From: Pirellulales bacterium
GTDB taxonomy: Bacteria; Planctomycetota; Planctomycetia; Pirellulales; PALSA-1355
Assembly (NCBI GenBank): GCA_041741015.1
Contig: JBGSKX010000136.1
Location: 5,525-69,524, forward strand
DNA: 64,000 nt
Direction of reading: 5' to 3'
The notes beneath the pieces were generated by a model. The model was not told where the DNA came from and did no database searches. It worked only from the letters and a program-made list of their open reading frames with translations. The position numbers were made by a program, and so were the translations under genes. This document shows, piece by piece, positions 1 to 8,700 of this stretch (position 1 is its first letter; every line of letters begins with the position of its first letter).

Positions 1-29
1 CGGGTGAAAGCAACAAGGAGGTTGCGTAT

Positions 30-299
30 ATGACCGTTTTGCCGACAGCCGATCAGATTCGGACGATCGTTCACCGCACGTTCCTCGAGCTCGATATCGA
101 CGAAGATATGCTCGACGACATGGACGAGCGGATCATGCTCGATGAGGGCCGCTACGTGGCACGCAGCTACCGCGTCGACGATTTCCTCGCGATGTGGATG
201 ATCGACGTGGGCCTCGTGCAGTTTTACGACGCCGACGGCAACATGCTGCGGACCGTCAACCTGTTCGAAGAGATCGAACCGCAGCGGATGGCGGCCTAA
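30..299 (+). CDS. hypothetical small acidic protein (89 aa)
   Basis: Intact ORF. AAGGAGG Shine-Dalgarno at 15-21, 8 nt before the ATG at 30. GC-rich third codon positions. No family recognised. Confidence 0.5.
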   Translation: MTVLPTADQIRTIVHRTFLELDIDEDMLDDMDERIMLDEGRYVARSYRVDDFLAMWMIDVGLVQFYDADGNMLRTVNLFEEIEPQRMAA

Positions 300-315
300 G
301 CGAGGTTCTTGATCG

Positions 316-873
316 CTAGTTCGCCCGCAGGTCCGGCGGCGCTTGGTCGATTCCCAGCGCCGAGCGCCAGGCCGCATCGCTGACGAATCGATTGGCTCGC
401 TTCCACAGCTCGTCCTCGTGCCAGAAAGCATGCTCGAGCCTGGCGGGCATCACGGACCAGCTGCCGCCGGCGATCTCGTGTTCGAGCTGCCCGGCAGCCC
501 AGCCGGAATAGCCGGCGAAGAATTTCACCGGGTTCTGGGTGTCAGGTGACTGCGCGGCGAGCGTTTCGAGTTTCTCTTTGCCGCTGGTGAAATACAACCC
601 GGGCAGCACTTCCATGTCGAGCAGATCTTCCCGCGTGTGCAGGGCGACGAGCGGTCCATCGCACGGCCCGCCGAGAAACAGCGACGCCTGTTGATGGCAG
701 GATACCTCGCTCACCTTGTTCCACACCTGCTGGAAATCGGCGGGGGTACGCCGATTGAGTATCAGCCCCAGTGCGCCGTCTTCGTTGTGCTTGACGAGCA
801 GCACAACGCCATGCGCAAACGGCTCGGCCAGCTCAGGGGCGGCAATCAGCAGATGGGCTTCGAGGCTCGTCAC
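316..873 (-). CDS. YqgE/AlgH family (UPF0301) protein
   Basis: Aligns by eye to E. coli YqgE: LLIAAPEL..F..VVLLVKHNEDGALGLILNR, LGGPCDGPLVALHT, FAGYSGWAAGQLEHEI. GTG start. Confidence 0.8.
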   Translation of the reverse strand: MTSLEAHLLIAAPELAEPFAHGVVLLVKHNEDGALGLILNRRTPADFQQVWNKVSEVSCHQQASLFLGGPCDGPLVALHTREDLLDMEVLPGLYFTSGKEKLETLAAQSPDTQNPVKFFAGYSGWAAGQLEHEIAGGSWSVMPARLEHAFWHEDELWKRANRFVSDAAWRSALGIDQAPPDLRAN

Positions 874-952
874 GGCAGAGTTAGCCAGGGCTACGGAAGT
901 GGCGCGTCGTGTTTGGCAACATATCGTACCAACCTCGACCGCAACTCCGCCA

Positions 953-1915
953 CTATGCCGGCGTCTCCAGCGCGGGATCCGGCGTGTGCCGCTGTGTCAT
1001 CAAAAGCCACGCCGTCGGCGCGGTCACCAGCAGGATGCCCAGCAACGTCAGTGCGTTAAACTCGTGGCCAAACACGACGACGTCCAGCACCATCGCAAAG
1101 CCGACCTGCGTGAGGGCCACCACCGAAACCCTCGCCGGGGGCCCTGCGGCAAACGCTTTGGTCAGAAAGAACTGTCCAATCGTGGCACACAGCCCCACGC
1201 CGCCAAGCATCGACACCGTCACCGCGTCGAAGTGCGATGCGCCCCACGAATCGGCGGGATCGATTACCAGCAGCGCCAGACAAGCGATCAACGAGACGCC
1301 CGAAAAATGCGACACGATGGCCAGCGGATGGACGCCCCGCAGGCGGTGTAAGCCCAGCATGGCAATGGATGTGCTGAACGAAGCCACGAGCGCGATGATC
1401 GCCGGCAACGGATCAGCATTCGCAAAATGCGGCTGCGCTACCAGCACGACTCCGACCATTCCGACGAAGATTGCCGCCCAGGCATCTCGGGTAGGACGCT
1501 CGCCATCCAGTGGCCAACTCAAAAGCGCCACCCAGATCGGGAACATATTCGTGATCGTCAGCACGTCAGATACTGGAAGGTGCAGCAAGGCAAAAAAAGT
1601 GCACAGCAGGCTGACCGTGCCGGAGATGCTGCGAAGCCAGAGAATTCGCGGCCGGAGGAAGACCAATTGCGCGCCAGCCCGCCAGGCAAGCGTTGTCGCG
1701 AACAGCAGTGCCAGGCCGGCTCTGACAGCAGCCACGATCTCCCAGTCGCAGCGCCCCGCCAACCCGTGCGCCAGCGTGGCCATGCCTGAGAACGCGAGCG
1801 ATCCTGAAAGCATCCACAAATAGGGCGAGACGGCCGCGGGCGCGGCGGCAGTGTGAGCCGCGGGAGAAGCGCCACTGGGCGGGGCAGACTCGACGACAGG
1901 CGGGAGGGTGGTCAC
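953..1915 (-). CDS. DMT superfamily (EamA-like) transporter
   Basis: About 10 hydrophobic segments in two halves, typical EamA-like composition. GTG start at 1915. Confidence 0.7.
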   Translation of the reverse strand: MTTLPPVVESAPPSGASPAAHTAAAPAAVSPYLWMLSGSLAFSGMATLAHGLAGRCDWEIVAAVRAGLALLFATTLAWRAGAQLVFLRPRILWLRSISGTVSLLCTFFALLHLPVSDVLTITNMFPIWVALLSWPLDGERPTRDAWAAIFVGMVGVVLVAQPHFANADPLPAIIALVASFSTSIAMLGLHRLRGVHPLAIVSHFSGVSLIACLALLVIDPADSWGASHFDAVTVSMLGGVGLCATIGQFFLTKAFAAGPPARVSVVALTQVGFAMVLDVVVFGHEFNALTLLGILLVTAPTAWLLMTQRHTPDPALETPA

Positions 1916-2092
1916 AAAGTGAATCCTATCGCGCGCCTACCAACTGCTCCAGGGCACTCACCAAAGTCGCACATTCTCGCAGGGAATTCGGCCATCCTCG
2001 CTTTCCCAGCGGGGCTGGCCAGTACCGCGGGCGGTCGTCATACTCGATTGCTCGGACCATCAAGAAATAGTGCCCCGTGAGGTTTCCCTGCC

Positions 2093-3016
2093 GTGAGTTC
2101 GCCTGCCCTGCCCATTCCGTTGCGTGGCATCATTCCGCCCATGGTCACCCCGCTCTCGGGTCGTGACTCCCTCGACGTCGCTGGCACCGAGCGGCTGGTC
2201 GATCACTTGCTCGCAGGCGGGGTCCACGGCATCTTTATCCTGGGGACGACCGGCGAGGCCCCTAGCCTCAGCTATCGCTTGCGCCGCGAGCTGATCTCGC
2301 AGGTCTGCCGCCAGGTTGCCGGCCGCGTGCCCGTGCTCGTGGGTGTAACGGACACGTCGTACGCCGAGAGCGTTCAGCTAGCGACGTACTCGGCTGAAGC
2401 GGGCGCCCAAGCTGTGGTGCTGTCAGCCCCTTACTACTTCCCCGCCGGCCAGCCCGAGCTGCTCGAATACATCCAGGACATTGCGGTCGACCTGCCGCTG
2501 CCGGTGTTCCTGTACAACATGCCGACGCACACCAAGATCACCTTCGATCCGCAAACCGTACAGGCGGCCTTGCAGATTCCGAATGTCGTGGGGCTGAAAG
2601 ATAGCTCTGCCCAGATGATCTACTTCCACAAGATCCGGGCGATCTGCGCCGAGCGTCCCGATTTCTCGTTGCTCGTCGGGCCGGAAGAGCTGTTAGGCGA
2701 GTCGGTGTTGTTTGGAGCGCACGGCGGCGTCTGTGGTGGGGCGAATCTGTTCCCCAAGCTGTACGTCGATCTTTACGACGCAGCGGTGGCACAGGACATC
2801 GAGAAGGTGTTGGAGCTACACGCCCAGGTGATTCGCATCGGCCGCACAATCTACTCGGTCGGCCAGCACGGTTCGGCGTTCATCAAAGGACTGAAGTGCG
2901 CCTTGTCGTGCGTCGGCGTGTGCGACGACTACATGGCCGAGCCGTTCCAGCGTTTCCGCCCCGAGCATCGCGAGCAGATCGAAGGCTACCTGGCCGAGTT
3001 GGGGACGAAGAACTAA
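2093..3016 (+). CDS. dihydrodipicolinate synthase family (DapA-like) lyase
   Basis: N-terminal GIIPPMVTPL...GVHGIFILGTTGEAPSLS and the overall length are typical of the DapA/NAL family. GTG start. True substrate unknown. Confidence 0.75.
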   Translation: MSSPALPIPLRGIIPPMVTPLSGRDSLDVAGTERLVDHLLAGGVHGIFILGTTGEAPSLSYRLRRELISQVCRQVAGRVPVLVGVTDTSYAESVQLATYSAEAGAQAVVLSAPYYFPAGQPELLEYIQDIAVDLPLPVFLYNMPTHTKITFDPQTVQAALQIPNVVGLKDSSAQMIYFHKIRAICAERPDFSLLVGPEELLGESVLFGAHGGVCGGANLFPKLYVDLYDAAVAQDIEKVLELHAQVIRIGRTIYSVGQHGSAFIKGLKCALSCVGVCDDYMAEPFQRFRPEHREQIEGYLAELGTKN

Positions 3017-3029
3017 CGAGAATCGAGCG

Positions 3030-4409
3030 TTACAATAACTCCGAAATCACTTCCCCGCGATCAATCGCAGGGATCGGCCGGCCTGCGTGATTCAGGAAGC
3101 TCGTGGCTGGATCAATTCCCAGCCGGTCGTAGATCGTCGCGTGCAAGTCGCACGCTTCCAGCGGTCGATCGACCGGCACTTCGCCGAGCCGATTCGTCGC
3201 GCCAACGACCCGGCCACCCTGGATGCCGCCGCCGCCGATGAGCACGCTCAAGGCGTTCCCCCAGTGATCGCGGCCGGGTGTGCCCATGCTGCCGGCGGGG
3301 CCGCCGTTGCCGCCGTTGTTCATCCGCGGCGTACGGCTGAACTCGCCGCACAGCACGACCAGTGTCTTCTCGATCAGCCCACGCTGTTCGAGGTCGATAA
3401 ACAGCCCCGAAACCAACGAATCGACCACGGGCAGGTAGTTCTCGTAACCCTTCTTGAGATCCCAGTGATGGTCCCAGCCGCCCATGTGCACGGTGACCCA
3501 GGTGCTACCAGCCTCGACGAGCCGCCGGGCAAGCAGCGTGCTCTGGCCCCAGGAGTGCCGTCCGTACAGATCGCGCGTGGCCGGGTCTTCGCTGGCAATG
3601 TCGAACGCCTTGCGGGCCTCGCCGCCGGTGACCATCTCATAGGCCTTGTGGTCGAAGCTGTCCATGGTTTCCATGGCGCCCGAGGTGTCCATGTCGCGGC
3701 GCATGCGGTCGAAGTCCGCGAGCAGCGTGCGGCGATTCTCCAGCCGATCGATCGTCATCGAACCGGCAAGGTTGATGTTGTCGACCTTAAACTCGGCCGC
3801 ATTCGGATCGCCGCCGGTCTCGAACGGGTCGTACGAGTGACCGAGATAGTTCGCGCCGAAGTAGCCAGGTCGCAGGCCAATGCTCGCCGCGATGGGCACG
3901 GCCGCATAAGCCGGCATCCCGCTCTTGCGCGGTCCGACCAGTCGCGCGGCGATCGAACCGATCGAGGGATATTTGCCGGTCGTGTCCGCTCCGCTGGCGC
4001 CGCCGCGCGAGGTGAGCATGTAGTGCCCGCCGGTGAAGTGGTCGCCGTTGTCGTGATGGAGCGAACGGATCAGCGAAAACTTTTCCGCGATCTTTGCCTG
4101 TCTGGGGAACAGCTCGGTCACCGCGACGCCCGGGACGTTCGTCCGGATGGGATTCCAGATGCCGCGGTACTCGACCGGGGCATCGGGTTTCATGTCGTAG
4201 GTGTCGAGGTGCGAGGGACCGCCATCGAGCCAGAGCATGATGACCGAGGTGTCCTTGGTCGGGCGACCGGCGAGCCGCGAGGCTTCCTTGGCCCGCAGTA
4301 TCTGCGGCAGCCCGACGCTGGCCATGCCGGCCACGCCCAGCTGCACGAAGCTGCGGCGGGTCATCCCGTCGCAATACCGGCCCGAACCATTCGCATGGAT
4401 CCGCAACAT
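3030..4409 (-). CDS. DUF1501 domain protein (sulfatase-fold, Tat-type signal)
   Basis: Typical DUF1501 N-terminus MLRIHANGSGRYCDGMTRRSFVQLG and C-terminal GEFSRTP..GRDHW motif. Start refined to the ATG at 4409, which has a GGAGGGG SD. The track ORF extends to 4508. Confidence 0.85.
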   Translation of the reverse strand: MLRIHANGSGRYCDGMTRRSFVQLGVAGMASVGLPQILRAKEASRLAGRPTKDTSVIMLWLDGGPSHLDTYDMKPDAPVEYRGIWNPIRTNVPGVAVTELFPRQAKIAEKFSLIRSLHHDNGDHFTGGHYMLTSRGGASGADTTGKYPSIGSIAARLVGPRKSGMPAYAAVPIAASIGLRPGYFGANYLGHSYDPFETGGDPNAAEFKVDNINLAGSMTIDRLENRRTLLADFDRMRRDMDTSGAMETMDSFDHKAYEMVTGGEARKAFDIASEDPATRDLYGRHSWGQSTLLARRLVEAGSTWVTVHMGGWDHHWDLKKGYENYLPVVDSLVSGLFIDLEQRGLIEKTLVVLCGEFSRTPRMNNGGNGGPAGSMGTPGRDHWGNALSVLIGGGGIQGGRVVGATNRLGEVPVDRPLEACDLHATIYDRLGIDPATSFLNHAGRPIPAIDRGEVISELL

Positions 4410-4695
4410 GATTCCCCTCCGAAAGCATGAGCCCCAAAAGCCTGAACCCAAAAAGCCAGAACTCAACCGGCAAGAACTCAGGGGGCTGGTGACGGACGCA
4501 TCAACCATCCTTGATTGGACCTGATTCTAACACTGGCCCGTTCGAATGGTCAATTAGCAGGCAACCGTGAACGGCAGGGTTTTTCTGGGGCTGTTGAGAA
4601 CCGCGCCGCCGCTGGTTACATTGCATTATCCGCGTTCTACGGCCCACCTTCGGGCTCCTTCTGGACTCACGATCGCACGTTAGAGGATCCTCCCC

Positions 4696-6144
4696 ATGTT
4701 CCGCCTGCCGAAGTGCGGGGCCACGGCCCTGCTCCTCCTCTCCTGTTTGCTGATGCTGGGCGCCGCCCCCGGCGAAGAAAAGACTGCCCCCGGCGAAGAA
4801 AAGACCGCTCTCGACGAATACGTCGCCAAGCCCGATCCGGTGTACAGCTATAAGCTGGTCAACACGCTGCCGGGCGATGGCTTTACCACTTTCGTGCTCG
4901 AGATGACCTCGCAATCTTGGCTCACCGAGTCCGAGGTTGATCGCACGGTGTGGAAGCACTGGATGATCATCACCAAGCCGGACGACGTGAAGTCGTCGAC
5001 CGGCCTGCTGTACATTTCGGGCGGCTCGAATGAGAGCAGCGCTCCGAACAAGATCGATCCGCTGACTTCGCAGCTTGCCAAGGGCAGTGGCTCGGTTGTG
5101 ACCGAACTGAAGATGGTGCCGAACCAGCCGCTGGTATTCAACGGCGACGGCCAGAAGCGCACTGAAGATTCGCTGATCGCTTACACCTGGGACAAGTTTC
5201 TGCGCACCGGTGAAGAAAAGTGGCCCGCCCGACTGCCGATGACCAAGTCGGCCGTCCGCGCGATGGACACGATCACCGATTTTTGCGCGAAAGAAGAAGG
5301 CGGCAAAGTCGCCGTCGACAAGTTTGTGGTCTGTGGCGGCTCGAAACGTGGTTGGACCACCTGGACGACCGCCATCGTTGACGACCGCGTCATCGGTATC
5401 GCCCCGATGGTCATCGACATGTTGAACATTGTCCCCTCGTTCAAGCATCACTGGCAGGCTTATGGTTTCTGGGCTCCGGCCGTGGGCGACTACACCGCTC
5501 AGAAGATCATGGACTGGAGCGGCTCACCGCAGTATGCCGCGCTGATGAAAATCGAGGAGCCGTTCGAGTATCGCAGCCGGCTCACGATGCCCAAGTACGT
5601 CGTCAATGCGACGGGTGATCAATTCTTCCTGCCCGACTCGTGGCAGTTCTATTGGGATGAGTTGCCGGGGCCAAAATACCTCCGCTACGTGCCGAACGCC
5701 GAGCACAGCCTGGGCGGCACCGACGTGCCGTTCACGCTGTTGTCGTTCTACAACGCGGTTAAAAACGGTACCAAGCTGCCGGAGTATGACTTCAAGGTCC
5801 AGGAAGACGGTACCACGAAGGTCACCACCGACACCAAGCCCAAGGAAGTGAAGCTCTGGCAAGCGACGAATCCCAAGGCGCGCGATTTCCGTGTCGACCG
5901 GATCGGCCGCATCTGGAAGAGCAAGAAGCTCGAAGCGTCTGAAGACGGCAGCTACGCGGGCGGCGTCGAGAAGCCCGAGGAAGGCTACACGGCCTACCTG
6001 ATCGAGCTGACCTACGACAATCCGGGGTCGCCGCCGCTGAAGTTCACGACCGGCGTGAAGGTGATTCCGGACGTCCTGCCGCACGAGTACATTCAGCCAC
6101 AACTGCCGATCGAAGCGGAAGCCGCGTCGGCAGCCGGCGGGTAG
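4696..6144 (+). CDS. PhoPQ-activated pathogenicity-related (PqaA-type) family secreted protein
   Basis: Signal peptide, then LDEYVAKPDPVYSYKLV..TFVLEMTSQSWLTESEVDRTVWKHW and CGGSKRGWTTWTTA, as I remember for Pfam PhoPQ_related. Family call is from memory. Confidence 0.6.
   Translation: MFRLPKCGATALLLLSCLLMLGAAPGEEKTAPGEEKTALDEYVAKPDPVYSYKLVNTLPGDGFTTFVLEMTSQSWLTESEVDRTVWKHWMIITKPDDVKSSTGLLYISGGSNESSAPNKIDPLTSQLAKGSGSVVTELKMVPNQPLVFNGDGQKRTEDSLIAYTWDKFLRTGEEKWPARLPMTKSAVRAMDTITDFCAKEEGGKVAVDKFVVCGGSKRGWTTWTTAIVDDRVIGIAPMVIDMLNIVPSFKHHWQAYGFWAPAVGDYTAQKIMDWSGSPQYAALMKIEEPFEYRSRLTMPKYVVNATGDQFFLPDSWQFYWDELPGPKYLRYVPNAEHSLGGTDVPFTLLSFYNAVKNGTKLPEYDFKVQEDGTTKVTTDTKPKEVKLWQATNPKARDFRVDRIGRIWKSKKLEASEDGSYAGGVEKPEEGYTAYLIELTYDNPGSPPLKFTTGVKVIPDVLPHEYIQPQLPIEAEAASAAGG
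4765..4806 (+). repeat. tandem 21-nt direct repeat (2 copies, 20/21 identical) encoding APGEEKT x2
   Basis: gcccccggcgaagaaaagac[t/c] occurs twice back to back, just after the signal peptide of the 4696..6144 CDS. Confidence 0.9.
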
Positions 6145-6151
6145 CGAAAAA

Positions 6152-6178
6152 GGTGTCAGGAACCGTTTATGCGGTTCC
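6152..6178. repeat. REP-like motif GGTGTCAGGAACCGTT plus hairpin (ggaaccg-tttatg-cggttcc)
   Basis: The 16-nt motif recurs as its reverse complement (15/16) at 7302-7317. Here it is embedded in a 7-bp hairpin at 6159-6178. Confidence 0.6.
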
Positions 6179-6210
6179 GGGCCACACGAAGCACGGGGTA
6201 GCAGCGCACC

Positions 6211-6246
6211 GGGTCGGGAGTCTTCGGACTCCCGGCCCATTTTTTC
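6211..6246 (+). terminator. rho-independent terminator of the 4696..6144 gene
   Basis: 12-bp stem gggtcgggagtc/gactcccggccc (one G-U pair), ttcg tetraloop, followed by a T6 run (6240-6245). Confidence 0.75.
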
Positions 6247-6300
6247 GCGCCGTTGAACCTGCGCCGGGGAACAGGCAGCGGGCGGGCGATCCTGGGACAG

Positions 6301-7215
6301 CTACTTCTTTAAGTACTTGTCAAACCAGTCGGCGATCGTTCGCATGTCGCCGTGCCAGTCCTTCCAGCCGTGCGCGTCGCCTTTTTTAACGATCAGCTCG
6401 CAGGGCACGCCGGCCGCCTTGAACTTCTCGACGATCAGTTCCGACTGCTGTAGCGGCACCAGGTAGTCCTTGTCGCCGTGAATCAGCAGCGTCGGCGGAT
6501 CGTCGGAGCTCACGTGGTGGGCAGGCGAGATCTGCCGGGCGATTTCACGCCGCTTCTCCTCGCTGACCGGCGCGAAGTACTTCCGCTCGGCGTCCCACTC
6601 GCGGAAATCGAACGGAGCGCGGAGCGGATCTTTGATCCCCTGGTTCAGCCATTCGAAGCCGGGCGTGCCGTAGTTTAGAAAGTCGGTGGGCGGAAAGAAG
6701 CAGGCCACGGCCTGCACGCGGCTGCTCGCCTTTTCAACGTCGTCCTTGGCCTTCTCGTCGCCGGGCGTGCCCGCGGTGCCAATCATTAGCGACAGGTGCC
6801 CGCCGGCCGAGCCGCCGCTGATCCCGATCCGATTTGGATCGATACCATACTCTTCGGCGTGCGTGCGGATATATCGCACCGCCCGGTTCATGTCCGCCAC
6901 GATCTCGGGCACCGTGAACTGCGGCTGGCTACCATGCACGACCGCGAACACCGTGTAGCCGCGGGAGAGCAGCTCGCGCAGGAAGTCGAGGTTGATGTGC
7001 TCGTGCGAGGAGAACCAGCCGCCGCTGACCGTCCAGATGATCGCCGCACCGTTGGCGTTCTCTTTCGGCTTCAGCACGTCCATGGTCAGAGCCATGCCGT
7101 GCTTGCGGCCGTAGATCACGTCGCTCTGGCGGGTGAAGTTCTCGTCCTTCGCAAGGCAGATCGCGGCGGTTGATGCCAATACGAGCGTAAGTAGCAAGCG
7201 AGCGGTCGTTCGCAT
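6301..7215 (-). CDS. secreted alpha/beta hydrolase (esterase/lipase-type)
   Basis: Signal peptide. Nucleophile elbow GGSAGGHLS. HGDKD..L near the C-terminus, consistent with a Ser-Asp-His hydrolase. Confidence 0.75.
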   Translation of the reverse strand: MRTTARLLLTLVLASTAAICLAKDENFTRQSDVIYGRKHGMALTMDVLKPKENANGAAIIWTVSGGWFSSHEHINLDFLRELLSRGYTVFAVVHGSQPQFTVPEIVADMNRAVRYIRTHAEEYGIDPNRIGISGGSAGGHLSLMIGTAGTPGDEKAKDDVEKASSRVQAVACFFPPTDFLNYGTPGFEWLNQGIKDPLRAPFDFREWDAERKYFAPVSEEKRREIARQISPAHHVSSDDPPTLLIHGDKDYLVPLQQSELIVEKFKAAGVPCELIVKKGDAHGWKDWHGDMRTIADWFDKYLKK

Positions 7216-7298
7216 GATGGGTTATCCGGACGGGAAAGGTGGGACGCGGTTGCTGGCCGATTGTGAATGGCGCCGGCAGCCGCCGCAAGGGCCGCAGC

Positions 7299-7323
7299 GA
7301 AAACGGTTCCTGGCACCGTTTTC
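7299..7323. repeat. REP-like hairpin gaaaacggt-tcctggc-accgttttc carrying the inverted copy of the 6152 motif
   Basis: Perfect 9-bp stem. AACGGTTCCTGGCACC (7302-7317) is the reverse complement of 6152-6167 with one mismatch. It lies 16 nt downstream of the DUF1501 stop on the minus strand. Confidence 0.6.
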
Positions 7324-7338
7324 CAGGCGAGGCGCCTT

Positions 7339-8664
7339 CTAGAACAGCTCGCGGATCACTTCGCCGTGTTCGACGAGCTTGATCGGGCGGCGGTCGGCCG
7401 TGATGTACTCTTCGGCCGGATCGATGCCCAGCACCTGGCAGAACGTCATGAACAGGTCGCCCACGCCGACGGGCCTGTCGGTGACGTGGACACCGTCGTG
7501 GTCCGTGGCGCCGATGACCTGGCCGGTACGAACCCCGGCCCCGGAGAGGCCCACCAGCCAGCCTTCACTGTAATGCTCACGGCCGCCGTCGGGCTTGAAC
7601 TTGGGAGTGCGACCAAATTCGCCCATCCAGACCACCAGCGTGTTTTCGAGCATTCCGCGCTGAGCCAAGTCGGTGAGTAGCGTGGCATAAGCCGGATCGC
7701 ACTCATTGCATAGCAGCGGATTCTGCTCCCAGCCAAGCTTATGCGTGTCCCAGCCTTGGTCGCCGACCGAGCCGGTGCTGATCACCTCGACAAAGCTGCC
7801 CCCCTGCTCCACCAGCCGGCGGGCAAGCAAACAGCCCTGGCCGAACTCAGTCCGGCCGTAAGCATCACGTAGCTGGGCCGGTTCGTCTTCCAGGTCGAAC
7901 ACGCCCACGCGCGGGCTGAGCACCAGCCGCGATGTGCGGCGATAGACGTCTTGCTTCTCGGCCACAGCCTGGCTGCCCCCGGCCTTGGCGAACTCGCCAT
8001 CGAGCTGCTCGGCCAGCGCCAGGCGGCGCTCGACCACGGTTGGAGCAACCTGCGGGGCGAGATTCGGTGGCAGCGCGCCGGGCTGGTCAACCTTGAATGG
8101 ATTGTAGCGCACGCCCAGCACGCCGGCATCGACGTCGCGTGTCGTGATCCGCGGCTTGCCGATTCGCACGAAGCTTGGTAGCTCAGATTCGAACCGCTCG
8201 CGGTCGCGGGCCACAATCGAACCCCAGGTCGGATAGCGAACCGCCGGGTTCAAGTGATAGCCCGTCCGTACCAGAGCAATCGCCCGTTCGTGGTCCTTCT
8301 CGTCGCTGACCATCGAGCGGATCAGTGCGATCTGGTCGAGCTTGCGCGCCATTTGCGGCCAGCCCTCGGCCACCTGCACGCCGGGAAGCGAGGTATGAAT
8401 CGCATGCGCGGGCCCCTGATACTTCGAGCCCGGCTTGGGGTTGAACGTGTCGTACTGGCTGGGGCCGCCGTCCATCCACAGCAGGATCATTGACTTGCCT
8501 TGCTGGCGGAGTTCGTCAGCCTTGGCCACGAGTAAGTCGTGCCAGCCTAAGCGAAGTGCGCCGAGCCCAAGGCTCGCGGCGGCCGTCCGACGCAGAAAGC
8601 CCCGGCGGCTGATGACGCCGTCGGTCGACATTCCGACGTCGAGGGTCGCTTGCTCGTGCTGCAT
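7339..8664 (-). CDS. DUF1501 domain protein (Tat-type signal)
   Basis: ISRRGFLRRTAAASLGLGAL twin-arginine N-terminus and GEFGRTP...GREHY C-terminal motif. The start could be the ATG at 8631 instead. Confidence 0.85.
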   Translation of the reverse strand: MQHEQATLDVGMSTDGVISRRGFLRRTAAASLGLGALRLGWHDLLVAKADELRQQGKSMILLWMDGGPSQYDTFNPKPGSKYQGPAHAIHTSLPGVQVAEGWPQMARKLDQIALIRSMVSDEKDHERAIALVRTGYHLNPAVRYPTWGSIVARDRERFESELPSFVRIGKPRITTRDVDAGVLGVRYNPFKVDQPGALPPNLAPQVAPTVVERRLALAEQLDGEFAKAGGSQAVAEKQDVYRRTSRLVLSPRVGVFDLEDEPAQLRDAYGRTEFGQGCLLARRLVEQGGSFVEVISTGSVGDQGWDTHKLGWEQNPLLCNECDPAYATLLTDLAQRGMLENTLVVWMGEFGRTPKFKPDGGREHYSEGWLVGLSGAGVRTGQVIGATDHDGVHVTDRPVGVGDLFMTFCQVLGIDPAEEYITADRRPIKLVEHGEVIRELF

Positions 8665-8700
8665 CGAGAGTACCGCCTTTCGCGTTTCTGACCAACCGTC

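Noticed and set aside
3087-4430. Long ORFs antisense to well-supported genes. Examples: 3087-4430 +, 8764-10101 +, 17088-18725 -, 24284-25567 +, 26213-27400 +, 33690-34841 -, 34878-35900 -, 35897-36997 -, 38536-39534 -, 47412-48098 +, 48795-49928 -, 51491-53011 +, 58551-59801 -, 59886-60821 +, 62255-63397 -.
   Set aside because: Each lies opposite a gene with strong family motifs. Their products are Arg/Ala/Gly/Pro-rich with no recognisable domain. Stop-codon depletion on the antisense strand is expected in GC-rich DNA.
4535-4552. tRNA-like T-loop sequence GTTCGAATGG.
   Set aside because: The flanks cannot form a T-stem (gcccg versus ggtca), and there is no acceptor or anticodon arm. I found no tRNA in any intergenic region.
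6152-7323. The esterase gene plus flanking inverted 16-mers as an active transposon or IS element.
   Set aside because: There is no transposase or integrase, no target-site duplication that I could see, and the repeats are short. I treat it only as a REP-like observation.
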